From Sphyrna mokarran (taxonomy: Eukaryota), in contig JAGIQG010000004.1 in the NCBI GenBank assembly GCA_024679065.1, positions 57,660,001 to 57,724,000 on the forward strand: a stretch of 64,000 bases of DNA, read 5' to 3'. The translations under genes were made by a program, and so were the position numbers. This document shows positions 38,080 to 52,167 of the stretch, in pieces; the first letter of the stretch is position 1, and every line of letters begins with the position of its first letter. The notes under the pieces were generated by a model, which saw only the letters and a program-made list of their open reading frames with translations, was not told the DNA's origin and did not search any database.

Positions 38080-39699
38080 GTAAGAGAATCTGTTTGAACT
38101 CTTCCTGTGTAATGACCTTGAAATAGCAGGCGGAATAATGTAGGGCTCCAGAGAGAGATTGCCCAAGAAAAGTGAGATATTTTACCACTGGCAGGAGGCA
38201 GAGTGGGAGAGACAGAATCCACAGAGGCAATAGCAGTATCTACAAACAGGGACCTGGCAGGAGGGAGAGAGCAAGTTTACTGGAGGGGCAAATAGGAGAA
38301 TCGGTATGTAGAAAGTGGACTCCCCTAATGATTGCTTATAGCTACTCCCATAGGCTGGAAAATCAGTGCCCCAAATCACTGGTGGTTGGATCACCAAGGC
38401 CTGACTAACTTGTGGTGGCTCATTAATTAGCAGTTGGTTAACTAGCTCCTGGTGACTAGTTAACTCCTGGCAGCATGCTCCAATCTTGTCCGTTCCCATC
38501 GCATTGCTCAGCCAAAACTTCATTCACTGCAGTTGGCACTGGAAAATCCCAAGTGTCCACGAGGTCAAGTTTTTAAGCATTGCTCATGTTAGTTGGTTAA
38601 CTAACATCAGGTGACTAGTTAATTCCTGGCAGCTGGTTGATTATTTCTAGGTGGTTGACTCATAAATGTTTGTGGTTGATACGGCTCACTAAGGATTTTT
38701 GTAGTTGGCTACCTTCTGATGATTGGCTGGTTCCCGGAGAGTGGTTTGGCAGGTTGGTCAGTATTCCTGTTCTGATGGCTCAGTCACTCAGTGAGCGAGC
38801 TTTGAGTTTTTCAATGAAATGGCATGTCTCTTCACTTGATGGAGTAATATTCACATCATAAAAATTTCTGCATTTGCCAAGCAATAACTGTAAGCAATTA
38901 AAAATCAGGAGGGGGATGGTGGGTTACATGCTCCCCAATCCCTTAGGAAATAAATCCTGTTCCTGCCCACTTCTAAAAGAGTTCCTCTTTCACTCTCCCA
39001 TGCCCCAGAGTTCACCCCAAACTACCATAGGATTTTGAAGGCTTCATAATTACAACCCTGCAGCCATTGCAAATCTCTCCTTGGTTGACTCTGTTTATCT
39101 ACTATAGTTGTCCTGGAATCTCTAGCAATTAAAGATTAATGCTCTTGGCACTGCTACAAGCAACTAGCAACGAAAAATTAGACCATATTCCATTTAAATT
39201 TAAATTGAACACATTTGTTCAGCAGCTAAAAGGAATGGGATTAGTCAAAGACACACTTTAGGAAGGATGTGAGGGTCTTTGAGAGGGAATTTACCAGAAT
39301 GGTTCCAGGGATAGGGACTTATAGTTACATGGTTAGTGTTGGAAAAGCTGGGGTTGTTCTCCTTGAAGCAAAGGAGATTGAGAGGAGATTTATAGAGGTG
39401 TGCAAGATTCTAACAGGGAAAACTTGTTCCCATTAACTAATGGATTAGGGAAGAGAGATTTAAGGCTTTGGGCAGGAGCTGCAGAGAAGATGTGAGGAAG
39501 AACATTCTTGGGAATTGAATAGTGACCTGAAACTCACTTCTTACCAGGTTGGTGAGAACAGACAATCAACGATTTCAAAGAAAGAAAGAAATTTGCAGGA
39601 CTCTAGGTTTGGAACTGGGGTATGGGACTGACTGTATTTCTCTACAGCAAGCTGTCATGAATTTGATGGGCTAAAGGGCCTAATTCTGTGCCACAAATG

Positions 39700-39911
39700 A
39701 CTGTATGGGCAGAACCTTATCGAAGGATTGGGACATTGCCTGCTAGCTGGAGAGCTGGCCAGAGTAATGTATAGTATGTATAGTATCTCTTTATAGTATG
39801 TCCTATACTGTATGGGCAGAACCTTATCGAAGGATTGGGACATTGCCTGCTAGCTGGAGAGCTGGCCAGAGTAACGTATAGTATGTATAGTATCTCTTTA
39901 TAGTATGTCCT
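39700..39911. repeat. 107-bp tandem duplication
   Basis: actgtatgggcagaacc...tagtatgtcct twice, with one visible substitution (gtaatgt/gtaacgt). Confidence 0.9.
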
Positions 39912-40494
39912 GCCAATCAGGCAGTGAAAAGGCCAGCTGTGGGCCTTCGCCTGGAACCAAGACCATGAGAGTGAAAGTCCTACCTAACAGGAGCTGCCAG
40001 CAATCAGAGGCCAATCGCAGAGTGTCCCAGGCCAGGGTAATGTGGGGATAGAGGTATCGAAGTTTCAGGGGCTGGAGGTTTCAGAGGAGTGGTGTAGGAG
40101 AATCAGCAGAAAGGTCAAGACGGATTGCTGTCAGCACTCCCCATCCCATCCACCCAACCCCGGAGAAGGCAGGTTGACTGCACAGTTTTGGCTGTCGCAC
40201 TTGCATGCTACATGGCAACAGACCTGTCTGTCACTGGGTTAATATCAGTGGCAGTGACATGGAGCACGTAAGTTATCATGAATTGGCCACGCAAGGCCCT
40301 CAATTGCTGACAGGATGAGAAGGTTGACGGTGGCCTTCCTGTCCAGAGTTTAGTTCTGGCTGAATGGCAGGGTTCCAGTACATTCCGTCTAATGACATGT
40401 CCTTTCCACCTCAAAGCTTGCCACGAGAGCGAGCAGAAGTTTGTATTCTGTGACTCTATTGGAGATGGAAGGTAATGTGATAAAGCCTCAATAA

Positions 40495-42465
40495 TAAACA
40501 AAAAACAATACAGCACAGGAAACAGGCCTTTCAGCTCTCGAGCCTGCGCTGCTCATTGGTCCAATTAGACCATTTGTTTGTATCCTTCCATTCCCAGTCT
40601 ATTCATGTGGCTGTCAAAATATGTCTTAAACAATCCCAGCATGTCCGCTTCCATCACCCTACTTGGCAGTGCATTCCAGGCCCCCACCACCCTCTGTGTA
40701 AAAAAACACCTGTCTGATATCTGAGTTAAACCTTTCCCTCTCACCTTGAACCTCTGACCCCTCATGATCGTCACCTGCAACCTAGGAAAAAGCTTCCCAC
40801 TGTTCACCCTATCTATAGCATTCATAATTTTATAGACTTCTATTAGGTCTCCCCTCATTCTCTGTCTTTCCAGGGAAAACAACCCCCATTTATCCAATCT
40901 CTCCTCATAGTTAAAACCCTCCTTACAAGGAAATATCCTTGTAAACCTCCTCTGCAATCTCTCCAAAGCCTCCACATCCTTCTGGTAGTGTGGCGACCAG
41001 AACTGGACACAGGACTCTAAATGTGGCCTAACCAACATTCTATACAGCTGTAACATCAGACTCCAGTTTTTGTATTCTATACCCCATCCTATAAAAGCAA
41101 GCATGCCATACATCTTTTTCACCACCTTCTCTACCTGTGCTGCCACCTTCAAGGATCTGTAGATTTGCACACCCAGGCCACTTTGTATGTCTATACTCCT
41201 GATGGTTCTGCCATTTATTGTACAACACCCCCCCTACATTAGTTCTACCAAAATGCATCACTTCGCATTTATCTGGATTAAATTCCATCTGCCATTTCTC
41301 TGCCCAATTTTCCAGCCTATCTATATCCTGCTATATTCTCTGACATTGTTCATCACTATCAGCAACTCTAGCCATCTTTGTGTCATCTGCAAATTTACTG
41401 ATCATACCAGTTACACCTTCTTCCAAATCATTTATATATGTCACAAATAGCAGAGGTTCCAATACAGAGCCCTGCAGAACACTACTGGTGACAGACCTCC
41501 AGCCAGAAAAAAAACTCTTCCACTGCTACCTTCTGTCTTCTGTGGCCAAGCAAATTCTCTACCCATCTAGCCACCTCTCCTTGTATCCCATGTGTTTTAA
41601 CCTTTTGCATCAACCTACCATGAGGGACTTCGTCAAACGCCTTACTAAAATCCATATAGACAACATCCACAGCCTTTCTTGCATCAACTGTTTCTCTCAC
41701 CTCCTCAAAAAACTCCACCAAATTTGTGAGGCACAATCTCCCTCTTACAAAATCCATGCTGTTTGTCATGAATGAGATTATTTCATTTTAAATGTGCATA
41801 TATCCTATCTCTAAAAATCCTCTTCAACAATTTCCCTACCATGGTCAAGAGGCTCACCAGCCTATAATTACCCGGATTATCCCTGTTACCCTTCTTAAAT
41901 AACGGTACCACATTTGCTATCCTCCAATCCTCTGGGATCTCACCTATGTCCAATGAAGAGACAAAGATTTCTGTCAGAGGCCCAGCAATTTCATCTTTTG
42001 TCTCCCTGAGCAGTCTAAGATAAATGCCGTCAGCCCTGGGGATTTGTCAGTTTTAATGTTCCCTAAAAAACCTAACACTTCCTGCATTGTAATGGAGATT
42101 TTCTTCCCACTGAGACACTCCCAGTCAACACATCCCTCTCCTTTGTGAATACTGATGCAAAGTATTCATTCAGGATCTCCCCTACTCCCTTGGGTTCTAA
42201 CATAATTCACCTCCTTTATTCCTGAGAGGTCCATTTTTTTGCCTGACAATGCTTTTGTTCCTAATGTATGAATAAAATGCCTTCAGGATTCTCCTTAATC
42301 CTGTCTGCCAAGAGCATTTCATGAGCCCTTTTTCTCTTCTAACTCCCCCTTTGAGTTCTTTCCTATTTCTCTGTATTCCTCCAGTCTGTTTTTATTTGCA
42401 TGCACCTAATGTACGCCTCTCTTTTCTTTTTGGTCAGAGCCTCAATTTCCCTGGTTATCCATGGC
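40495..42465 (-). mobile_element. CR1 LINE, about 2 kb 5'-truncated copy
   Basis: ORF pieces CLTNLVEFFEEV..YMDFSKAFDEVPHGRL, MEFNPDKCEV and LVRPHLESCVQFWSPHY. Confidence 0.93.
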
Positions 42466-43324
42466 TGTCTTCAATTCAATCAGAAGTGACAACCCTAATC
42501 TCATGACTGGTTACTTTCAAAGCATGTCTCTGATATGTTAACAGATCCTGCTTTATTTCTGAACTTCCTGCTTCCTACTTTGTCTAAAGTGCCAGGGTCT
42601 GCACCATAACACCAGTTTTTATCCTCCTACACCAACCGCACCTCCCCCACCAACCCCGGCTGGCCAATAGCCCCGGAATATTCTGGTTCTTCCAAAGTTT
42701 TGGTTTAATTTCCCAAACACTGCTGCAAACAACTCTGTAAGAAATATCACTCAAGAAAAGTCATTTTCTTTCTCAATTTCTTCCACAATGATTGGGCATG
42801 GATGAAAAGGCTGTTTGACCAATAGACAAGCATCATCCAATCAGATGACAAAGATCTGCCTGTTTTCCCATTGGCCGGAGGTGAGCATACACCACAAAAG
42901 TGGACATGTCGGACAACCAATGATGGGAGTATGGGGGCACGGAATTTGGAGGCAGGAGGCTATGTGGCAAACCTTCAAGGATATATCCAAGCAGAGCAAC
43001 TCTTCAACTACTTGCCTCCTTCCTCCACATCACCCTTATACTTTTCAGAGGTTTCACTGTTCCAACTGTTGCTTCTCCTGAAGTCTGGGACCAAAGACTG
43101 CTGGACATTAGTCATCTCGTGGGTCCATGTCCATAGGAAATTATGCAAATCCTTACAACTGGCTGACAACATTGGGAGGATGGGAAGGCTTTTAATATCC
43201 TGGGCAGAGTTTAACATAGAATCCTAGAGGTGAAAGGCCAAGTCTGGAACCCACAGAGCTTTCAAGCTCTCGCTAACAAACAGTTACTTCAGCGCCCTTT
43301 GTCTTTTAAAGCGGCAAGGCTGGA

Positions 43325-43600
43325 AGAAGTGGCACAGCAGTTAGTGTCAGGGACCTGGATTCAATTCCAGCTTTGGGTGACTGTGTGCAGTTTGCATGTT
43401 CTCCTCATGTCTGCATGGATTTCCTCTAAGTGCTCTGGTTTTCTCCCACGGTCCAAAGATGTGTGGGTTAGCTTGATTGGCCATGTAAAATTACCCCTTG
43501 GTGTCAGGAGGATAGGACGTGAGTGGGCTTGTTGTCAGTGCAGACTTGATGGGATGAATGGCCTCCTTCAGCACTGTGGGGATCCTATGATTCTATGAAA
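43325..43600 (+). mobile_element. HE1-type V-SINE
   Basis: gggtgactgtgtgcagtttgcatgttctcc..ggccatgtaaaattacccc; tail ctatgattctatga. Confidence 0.75.
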
Positions 43601-44804
43601 GCTAGGGTGCACTTTTAACCAATCGAACTCAGAAGAAGAAATGTTTACATTATAACTATGTTCTTCCTACCTCATTGAATCAGTGGTATGATGCTGAAAC
43701 TGTGGCACTTCAGATTCATTCGGGCTGCATAATTGAAATGGGAATTTAAGAGGCTTAATTAGAAGCTCCTGTGCACTTGCAGAGAAACCAGATGGTGCGT
43801 TCATTAAATGTTCACTTTCATCCATGTGTTTTTTTTAGAGAAATCTATTATGAAATGCAATTATACAAAATTAATAGCGCATAGCAAAATAGAGAAAAGT
43901 CAGCTATTTTTTATTTAGTTGCCTAAAATAAACTAATAGTTAACACTTGGAGCACATTGATGTAAGAAGTAAACTGGGAGAAAGAGAATTTGAACAAAAG
44001 TGGTATTTCTAGAATCGTTCTCTCGCAATTTATTTCCTTGACTTGGACACAGGTCTAGACCTCTGACCTTCTAGGGTTCACTAGTGAGTCATCTTCTTGT
44101 GACTTTGTGAGAGTTTTTTTTCAGAAGGATGTTAGCATTTGGAATTTTCTTCCCCAGCAAGCGCAGGGGAGGCTGGCTCCTGAAATGTATTTAAGGCTGA
44201 GTTAGACGGATTGTTGATCAGCGAGGAAGTCAAGGGTTATGGGCGCGGGGAGCGGGGGGGAGGGGGGGGGCGGAAGGGGAGTTGGAGAGAGGCAAATTGA
44301 GTTGAGGCTACAGTCAGATCAGCCATGATCATATCAAATGGCCTATTCCTGCTTTTGTTTCATAAGGTCTTAGAAAATGTGCTGTAGATTCAGTATTGTG
44401 GGTTGGTTGGGTTGCCAACTCTTGTGGCCTATATTTCTGGAGCGATTTTTACTGTATAACACCCCGTTGCTTTCCTGCACCAATTAGGAAGTAAACAGAT
44501 CTTTTAACCAACTAGATGATTCTTGATTCTCAGTCAAATAACCTTCTGATTAGCTGTAAGGTTGACCACCTTACAGTCCAAGAACAGCTCTCAGTCTCAG
44601 ACCACCTCACAAGCATAGCTTCCCATCTCCTGTCAGTGGAAGCATGATAGGGATATGATCCAACAAGCAATGAACATTCCTAGCCTGGATTTTTGGATCT
44701 GATGGGAATTTCACGGGATCAGAGGCTATAGGCATGCTGTACGCCTGCCCATCCTAGCACCCAACAGATGCTCCAGGGTCAAATTCATTGCGTAGAATTA
44801 ATTT

Positions 44805-45142
44805 TTAATTTGTTTATAGAACATGGGTGTCGCTGGCCAGGCTAGCATTTATTGCCCATTCCTGAGAACAGTTAAGAATCAAACACATTGCCATGTGTCT
44901 GGAGCCACATGTACACCAAACTGGGTAAGGATGACAGATTTTGTTCCCTAAAGGGCATTAATGAACCAGATGGGTTTTTATGACAATTGACAATGATTTC
45001 AGAATCATCATTAGAATGATTTTAATTGAATTCAAATTTCACCATCTCCCATGGTGGGATTTCAACCTGGATTACTACAACATTACCCTGGGTCTCTGGA
45101 TTAATTGTCCAGTGACAATGTCACTGTGCCACTGCCTTCCCT
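44805..45142 (-). mobile_element. tRNA-derived SINE (same family as 4420)
   Basis: gcatttattgccc..tctggagccacatgta..gaaccagatgggtttt..ccagtgacaat. Confidence 0.7.
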
Positions 45143-45872
45143 AATATACTTTATGCTAATAGTAGGGCTGACCATAACATAGCATTAATGGGTGGGGAAT
45201 GTTTGTGAGACACCAACATGGCAAGATTGGCAATCCTGCTGAAAACCTAAAATATATTTGGTCTGTTTGACTTATGCTGAAATCTTCCATTTTTCCTCAT
45301 GCTTGGCTTTCCTGATGATTCTGCTGCGATGAATTGATTGCATCCGACAAGGGTGCCCATTAAATTTGAGTTCTTAGCCTATTCTCAGTGCAGGGTGCCA
45401 TCAGCACAGTGACATTTCTCATGAGAATGAATGCTCTGCATATCATTAATGTGAATTATGTTCTCAATATTAACCCAACTGGACCAATCATAAAAGTACT
45501 ATTTCTAAGTCAGGTCAGAGGCTGGGAACACTGCGCCAAGTGACTCACTTCATGAGTTCCTAAAATCTGTCCACCATTTACAAAGCACAAGTCAGAAGTG
45601 CAATTGAATATTCTCCACTTGCCTGGATGAGTGCAGCTCCAACAACACTCAAAATATGCAACATTGTTAACTATTTATCAATTATGCAAATAGAGAGAAT
45701 TTAATTGGGATCTCACCGCACAGGCTACAGCAATTCAAGAAGATGACTGAGATCTTTTTCTCAAGGACAACTAGAGATGGGCAATAAATATTGGCTTTGC
45801 CAGTGACATCCAAATCCCATGAATAAAGAATGGCTGTATTTATCGCCGGTGCCATGTATGCTCAGTTCATGG

Positions 45873-46555
45873 ATTGATTTTGATTTATTATTATCACAAG
45901 TATTAACATACAGTAAAAAGTATTGTTTCTTGCACGCTATACAGACAAAGCATTCTATTCATAAAGAAAGAAAGGAGAGAGTGCACAATGTACTGTCACA
46001 GTCATAGCTAAGGTGTGGAAAAACGTCAACTTAATGCAAGGCAAGTCCATTCAAAAGTTTGACAGCAGCAGGGAAGAAGCTGTTCTTGAGTTGGCTGATA
46101 CTTGACCTCAGACTTTTGTATCTTTTTTCTAACAGAAGAAGGTGGAAGAGAATATGTCCGGGGTGTGTGAGGTCCTTTATTATGCTGGCTGCTTTGCCGA
46201 GGCAGGAGGAAATCAGTGGATGCGAGACTGATTTGCATGATGTACTGGGCTTCATTCACAACTCTTTGTAGTTTTTTATTGTCTTGGGCAGAGCCAGGAG
46301 GCATATCGAGCTGTGATAGAACCAGAAAGAATGCTTTCTATGGTGCATGTGTAAAAATTGGTGAGAGTCGTAGCTGACATGACAAATTCCCTTAGTTTTC
46401 TGAGAAAATAGAGCTGTTGATGGGATTTCTTAACAATAGTGTCGACACGGCAGAATCAGGACAGGTTGTTGATGATCTGAACGTCCAAATACTTGAAACT
46501 CTTAACATTGCTATTTCATCCCCATTGAATGTAGACAGGGGCATGTTTTCCACAA
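45873..46555 (-). mobile_element. Rex1/Babar LINE 3' fragment
   Basis: KAASIIKDLTHPGHILF..RYKSLRS..LKNSFFPAAVKLLN; tail ttgattttgatttatt on the + strand. Confidence 0.8.
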
Positions 46556-46573
46556 TGCTTGCTGAGTTTACTC

Positions 46574-46826
46574 TGTAACACCGTTACGAGTGACAGAGTA
46601 GACAGCAGCGAGGACCAAAGATGGTACTGCTCAGATCAGCACAATGGCAGCCTCCTTTATTGGGTGGAGTCACTGATGCATATGTAGAGGGGTACTGGCA
46701 GGCTGGGTGCAGCAAAGTGCCATCATTGGTTTTCTATGCACAGGCAGACATGTGTGCATATACAGGTGGGTATCAGTGGCCATCTTAACATTACATAAAG
46801 GTTAAATATCAATTGTACACTCCCCC
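46574..46826 (-). mobile_element. Possible LTR remnant with adjacent polypurine tract
   Basis: tgtaac...gtaca ends, AATAAA on the minus strand, and ctccccc (minus-strand GGGGGAG) directly abutting. Confidence 0.35.
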
Positions 46827-47771
46827 AAAAGACAGGGTCATCAACTTTCCAAGATTGCCCTCAAGTTCCCCAGAATTAACCATTAATCTCCCAATCACTG
46901 CTGCACACAACTGTAAGATCTTAGAGTTCTTTGGATATTAAACTCTTTGGATATTAAGAGATAACACTGCATGTTTCATTAAGTTTATTTAAACATTTTC
47001 TGTTTAATGGATATACAAATATTGGAAAACTGGGAATAAAAAGGACTGTGACTGGTAAGGGATAAAGGGGCAGTTGGAAGCAAGAAGTCATGTGATGAAA
47101 GCTCCAGAAACAGATTTGGTGACTCCATACCAGGCGGGGTGATATATTCAGCAAACACTGCCCAGTCCAGAGGACAACTCAGGCAGAGTTGAGAATAAAC
47201 AACTAGTAGAATGGTTTTTGGCAAGCTCCCATTTTGGCCTGAAAACAGGCGCTGATCCTACAGCAAATCCAGGCCATCAGGTGAACCTTCAGCTTAAGAA
47301 GTGAAGAATGGCTTTTTTTCAAATAAACAAAAGGCCACAAATAATTTTGGTTTGTCTTTTTTTTCAATATAATAGAAGAAATTTTGATTCTGAATTCATG
47401 TCCCTTCCTTTTCTTTAAGTTCAGTCACTGGACACTTTCCTTTCCTCCCATGTCATTGATCTTTTGTCCAGTTTGGGACCCTACTCATGCATACTCATGG
47501 TTGAATCCATTTTCTAAATAGACCATGGCGTTCTTCTTTGACAGATTTACTTCAAGGAAAAGAAAGGTGAAAAGGAATGGGAAGAATACAGTGGCCTAGA
47601 AATTTGGCAGCATTACTGCCTGATCTTCCACTGGGAGAGTGTGAACCCAATCCACTGGGAGCTCCCATTAATCCCCCTGCCAAAATAGTATTAGATCAGG
47701 GGCAACAATGTCACAATTACGTGGCCACTGCTCCTAAATCTTCAACATTCATGGAAAATGCTAGAAATATG

Positions 47772-48072
47772 GATGGCACAGTTGCACAGAAGTTAGCACT
47801 GCTGCCTCTGTTCCAGGGACCCAGGTTCAATTCCAGCCTCCGATGACAATCTGCATGTTGTCCTCAGTGTGTGCATGGGTTTCCTCCGGGTGCCCTGGTT
47901 TTCTCCCACAATCCAAAGATATACGTTGATTGGTCATGGTAAACTGCCTCATAGTGTCAGGGGGAATTGGCAGGGTAAATACATGGGGTTACAGGGATAC
48001 GGTCGGGGGAGATTATATTCAGTGCAGACTCAATGGGCCGAATGGCCTTCTGCACTGCAGGGATTCTATGAT
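47772..48072 (+). mobile_element. HE1-type V-SINE
   Basis: gttagcactgctgcctc..ccagggacccaggttcaatt..gggtttcctccgggtgc..gggattctatgat. Confidence 0.8.
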
Positions 48073-48889
48073 ACTGTTTGCTTATATTTCAAGTTTTGAC
48101 CTTCCACAGTATTTTTGCCCCTTCTAAGCCTTCAGCCCCAAGTTGAAGTGTACACAGCGATAGCCAGTGCTCTGTTGGGAGGCTCCAGTACATCATCAAT
48201 GTTCTGTTCATGTATTTAGTTAGGGGGAAATATCCATGCTTGTTTCTAGTGTCATGTTCTGAGATGTGACTTCACAGACACTTTACTGAAAATGGTTTAA
48301 TTTTAAACTTCCTAGTGAACCTTTACTTCAAGCTGTTTTTACATTGCAAAAAAAAAGGAAAGGAAATGGATTGCATTTTAAGGGCCATTAATTCTATTCT
48401 CTGGACTTTTGCCCAATGAAAGCTGGCTAAATAGCATTCAAGAGAGGAAATCAGCCCCATCTGTTTAGTTTGAAGCCCCGTTCTCAATGTTTCAACACAT
48501 TGGTCTGGACACCCAGTATCCTGCCAACTTGAATTAAATCACTCTAGCACATCATTAATTGGACTTGAAGGAAACCTCCAGGCTACACAAAACAGATGGC
48601 TGTTGTACAGTACAGAGCCAATATACTGAACCACTCTCTCCTTTAAAATGTTACTGGCCTTTCGCTGCTTGGCCTCGCATATGAAGGACAATCCCCTGGG
48701 TAAACTTTCAAAGGGCTGGCAATGTTTGTGAAACAATACCAGCTAAGAGAGAAACTAGCTCCATTATAATCAGGCTAATGTGAGGGCTGTTAAAAGGCCT
48801 GCAGTTGAGTTCTCAGTGACTAAGAGCAATGCTCAATGAAGCACAATACTGCAACAAAGCAGAAGATTTGATTCCCCAGACTCACAGAG

Positions 48890-49230
48890 AGGCGATGGCC
48901 TAGCTGTATTATCACTAGACTATTAATACAGAAACCCAGCTACTGTTCTAGGGACCTGGTTTGCATCCCTCCACGGCAGGTGGTGGAATTTGAATTCGAT
49001 AAAAAGTATCTGCAATTAAGAATCTACTGGTGATTGTGAAAGCATTGTTGATTCTCAAAAAAACCTATCTGGTTCATTAGTGTTCTTTAGGGAAGGAAAT
49101 CTGCCATCCTTACCTGGTCTGGGCTGCATTTGACTACAGACACACAGCAATGTGATTGACTTTTAACTACCAGGGATGGGCAATAAATACTGGCCAGGCA
49201 GCGATGCTAATATTTTACAAATGAATAAAG
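48890..49230 (+). mobile_element. tRNA-derived SINE (same family as 4420)
   Basis: ctttagggaaggaaatctgccatccttacctggtctgg..gggatgggcaataaat. Confidence 0.75.
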
Positions 49231-50194
49231 TCTGCTCTGGGTTGGGGTGCTCCAGTTGGCCTCAACCCCTCTATGTAAGGGACAGAAACCTCTAGGCCAG
49301 ATCACTATCCATAAAACCATAAAACTTTGGAGCAGAAGCAGGCCATTTGGCTCATCATCATAGTCTTTCTACAAAGTTCAGGGGATGTTAACAAGCACAC
49401 ATGTGATGGATCCCCTGTTTGAAAAGCTCGCCAGCACTTATCATCAGATTCGGAACATATCCAGTGACCCAAAACTGGGCATTCATGCTGTGTGCTATCA
49501 GCAGCAGAAGAACAGTATTCAAGTATAACCTGGCATAATCTCACTCTACCATTAACACCAAGCCAGGAGATCATCCTTGGCTTAATGAAGGGTGCAAGAG
49601 GGCATGCCAAGAGCAAGGCCAATCATACCAATGAATGAAGTGCCAGCTCGTGAAGCTATAATACTAGACTTAATCGATGCCAAACAGTAGAAACAGCATG
49701 CAATAGATAGACAGAACCTAAGTGATCGCACAACCAATTTATCAGATCTAAGCTCTGCAGTCCTGTCACATCCAGTTGTGAATGGTGGCAGACAATTAAA
49801 CAACTAATGGGAGGAGGCCCCATGAACATCCCCATATTCAATCATAGGGAGCTCAGCATGTCCATGCAAAACAAAAGGCCAAAGCATTTGCAGCTGGGGT
49901 GCAGGGTGCGGTGTACTGTACATCACAAATGTCAGCCTTCAAATGATTCAACGCATGCCATATGATACCAAGAAATGGCTGAAGGCATTGGATGCAGCAG
50001 AGGCTGTTGACCTTGATGGCATCCCAGCAGTTGTGTTGAAGACAGATGTTGCCAGGTACTCAACCAAACGGTTCCAGTTCAGGTACAAGACTGGTATGTA
50101 GGAGCCTCAGCAAAATTGATGTCAATGGGAATCAGGGAGAAAGCTCTTCACTGGTTGGAGACATACCTAGTATAATTGAGCCATTATGATTCTA

Positions 50195-51075
50195 AACTAG
50201 ATGGGAATGTAAATTGGGAGGAGGATGCAAGAAGACTTCAAGGAGGTTTATCAGGCTAAGTCAATGTGCAAGAACATGGTAGAAAGCGTACATTGTGAAT
50301 AACTGAGATGTTATTCATTTCGTTAGAAAAAACAAGAGAGTAGAGTATTTCTTAAATGGTGAGAAATTGGAATATGTTGATGTCTGAAGGGATCTGGATG
50401 GCCTTTCTCATGAGTCACTGAAAGCTAACAAACAGGTACAGTAAATGTTTAGGAAGGCAACTGGCATGTTGACCTTTATCAGGAAGGGATTTGAATACAG
50501 GAGTGAAGAGGTCTTGCCGTAGTTGTATAGATCTTTGGTGAGACTGGACCCAAAGTATCAGGTACAATTTTGGTCTCCTTATCTCAGGAAGATTATACTT
50601 GCTATAGAGGGAGTGCAATGGAAGTTCACCAGACTAATCTCTGGGATTATGGGATTGTCTCATGAGAAGAAATTGAGGAAACTGAGCCTGTTTTCCGAGA
50701 GTTTCAAAGAATGAGAGGTGATGTATTTGATACTTCGAAAATTCTTACGTGGTGTGACAGGGTAGATGTGAGAGGATCTCACTGGCTGCTGAGTCTAGAA
50801 CCAGGAGACACAGACTCAGAACAAAGGGGCAGACCACTAAAGACTGAGATGAGGAGGAATTTATTCATTCAGAGGGAGGTGAATCTTTGGAATTCTCTGC
50901 CCCAGAGGGCTGTGGAGGTTCAGTCGTTGAATGTGTTCAAAACAGACCAATATTTTTCTGGATATTAATGACATTAAGAGATATGGGAAAGTGTGGGAAG
51001 TGGCATTGAGCTAGATGGTCAACCAGGGTCTAATTGAATGGCCGAGTAGGCTTAATGGGCCCCTGCTCCTATGTT
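50195..51075 (+). mobile_element. CR1 LINE 3' fragment (older)
   Basis: YRSLVRLDPKYQVQFWSPYLRK and FIQREVNLWNSLPQRAVE. Confidence 0.85.
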
Positions 51076-51219
51076 CTTTGTTCGCAGCACAAAGGAAGAT
51101 GATTGGGGTGATTGGAGGTCAATTATATCATTCCCAGGACATCACAGCAAGAGTTCCTTAGGGTAATATTCCAGACTCAACCACTTTCATTGGCTTCATG
51201 GTAATCTTCCCTCCAACAT

Positions 51220-52167
51220 TTTTTATAAATGATCTGGATGAGGGTATTGAAGGATGGATTAGTAAATTTGCGGATGACACCAAAGTCGGAGGAGTGGTAG
51301 ATAATGAAGAGGGGTGTTATAGTTTGCAGAGAGACTTGGACAAGTTGCAGAGCTGGGCCGAGAGGTGGCAAATGGAGTTTAATGCGGAAAAGTGTGAGGT
51401 AATTCACTTTGGTAAGAATAACAAATGTGTAGAGTATAGGGCTAATGGTAGGACTCTTAATAGTGTTGAAGAACAGAGGGATCTTGGTGTACATGTGCAT
51501 AGATCTCTAAAAGTTGGCAATCAAGTCGATAAGGTTGTTTAGAAGGCATATGGAGTCTTAGCTTTTATTGGTAGGGGGATTGAATTTCGGAGCCGCAACG
51601 TCATGTTGCAACTGTACAAAACTCTAGTGCGGCCGCACTTGAAGTATTGTGTGCAGTTCTGGTCCCCACATTATAAGAAAGATGTGGAGGCATTGGAGAG
51701 GTTACAGAGGAGGTTTACCAGGATGTTGCCTGGTATGGAGGGCAGGTCTTATGAGGAGAGGCTGAGGGATTTGAGGTTGTTTTCGTTAGAAAGAAGGCAG
51801 CTAAGAGACCTTATTGAAACATATAAGATGATTAGAGGTTTAGATAGGGTGGACAGTGATAGCCTTTTTCCTAGGATGGAGAAAGCTAGCACGAGGGGAC
51901 ATAGCTTTAAATTAAGGGGTGGTAGTTATAGGACAGTTATAGACCTGCATCAGAGGTAGGTTCTTTACCCAGAGGGTGGTAAGGGTATGGAATGCCCTGC
52001 CTGCGGCAGTTGTAGATGCGCCAAGTTTGGTGGCATTTAAGAGGTTAGTTGATAAGTTTATGGACGAAAAGGGAATGGTTTAGGTTGGAGGGTCATTGCT
52101 TTTTATATTGGTCGGCGCAACATCGAGGGCCGAAGGGCCTGTTCTGCGCTATAATGTTCTATGTTCT
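51220..52167 (+). mobile_element. Young CR1 LINE nested in another LINE (about 51090-52255)
   Basis: FINDLDEGIEGWISKFADDTK..LYKTLVRPHL; (atgttct)n tail; aacat duplicated at 51215-51219 and 52168-52172. Confidence 0.93.
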
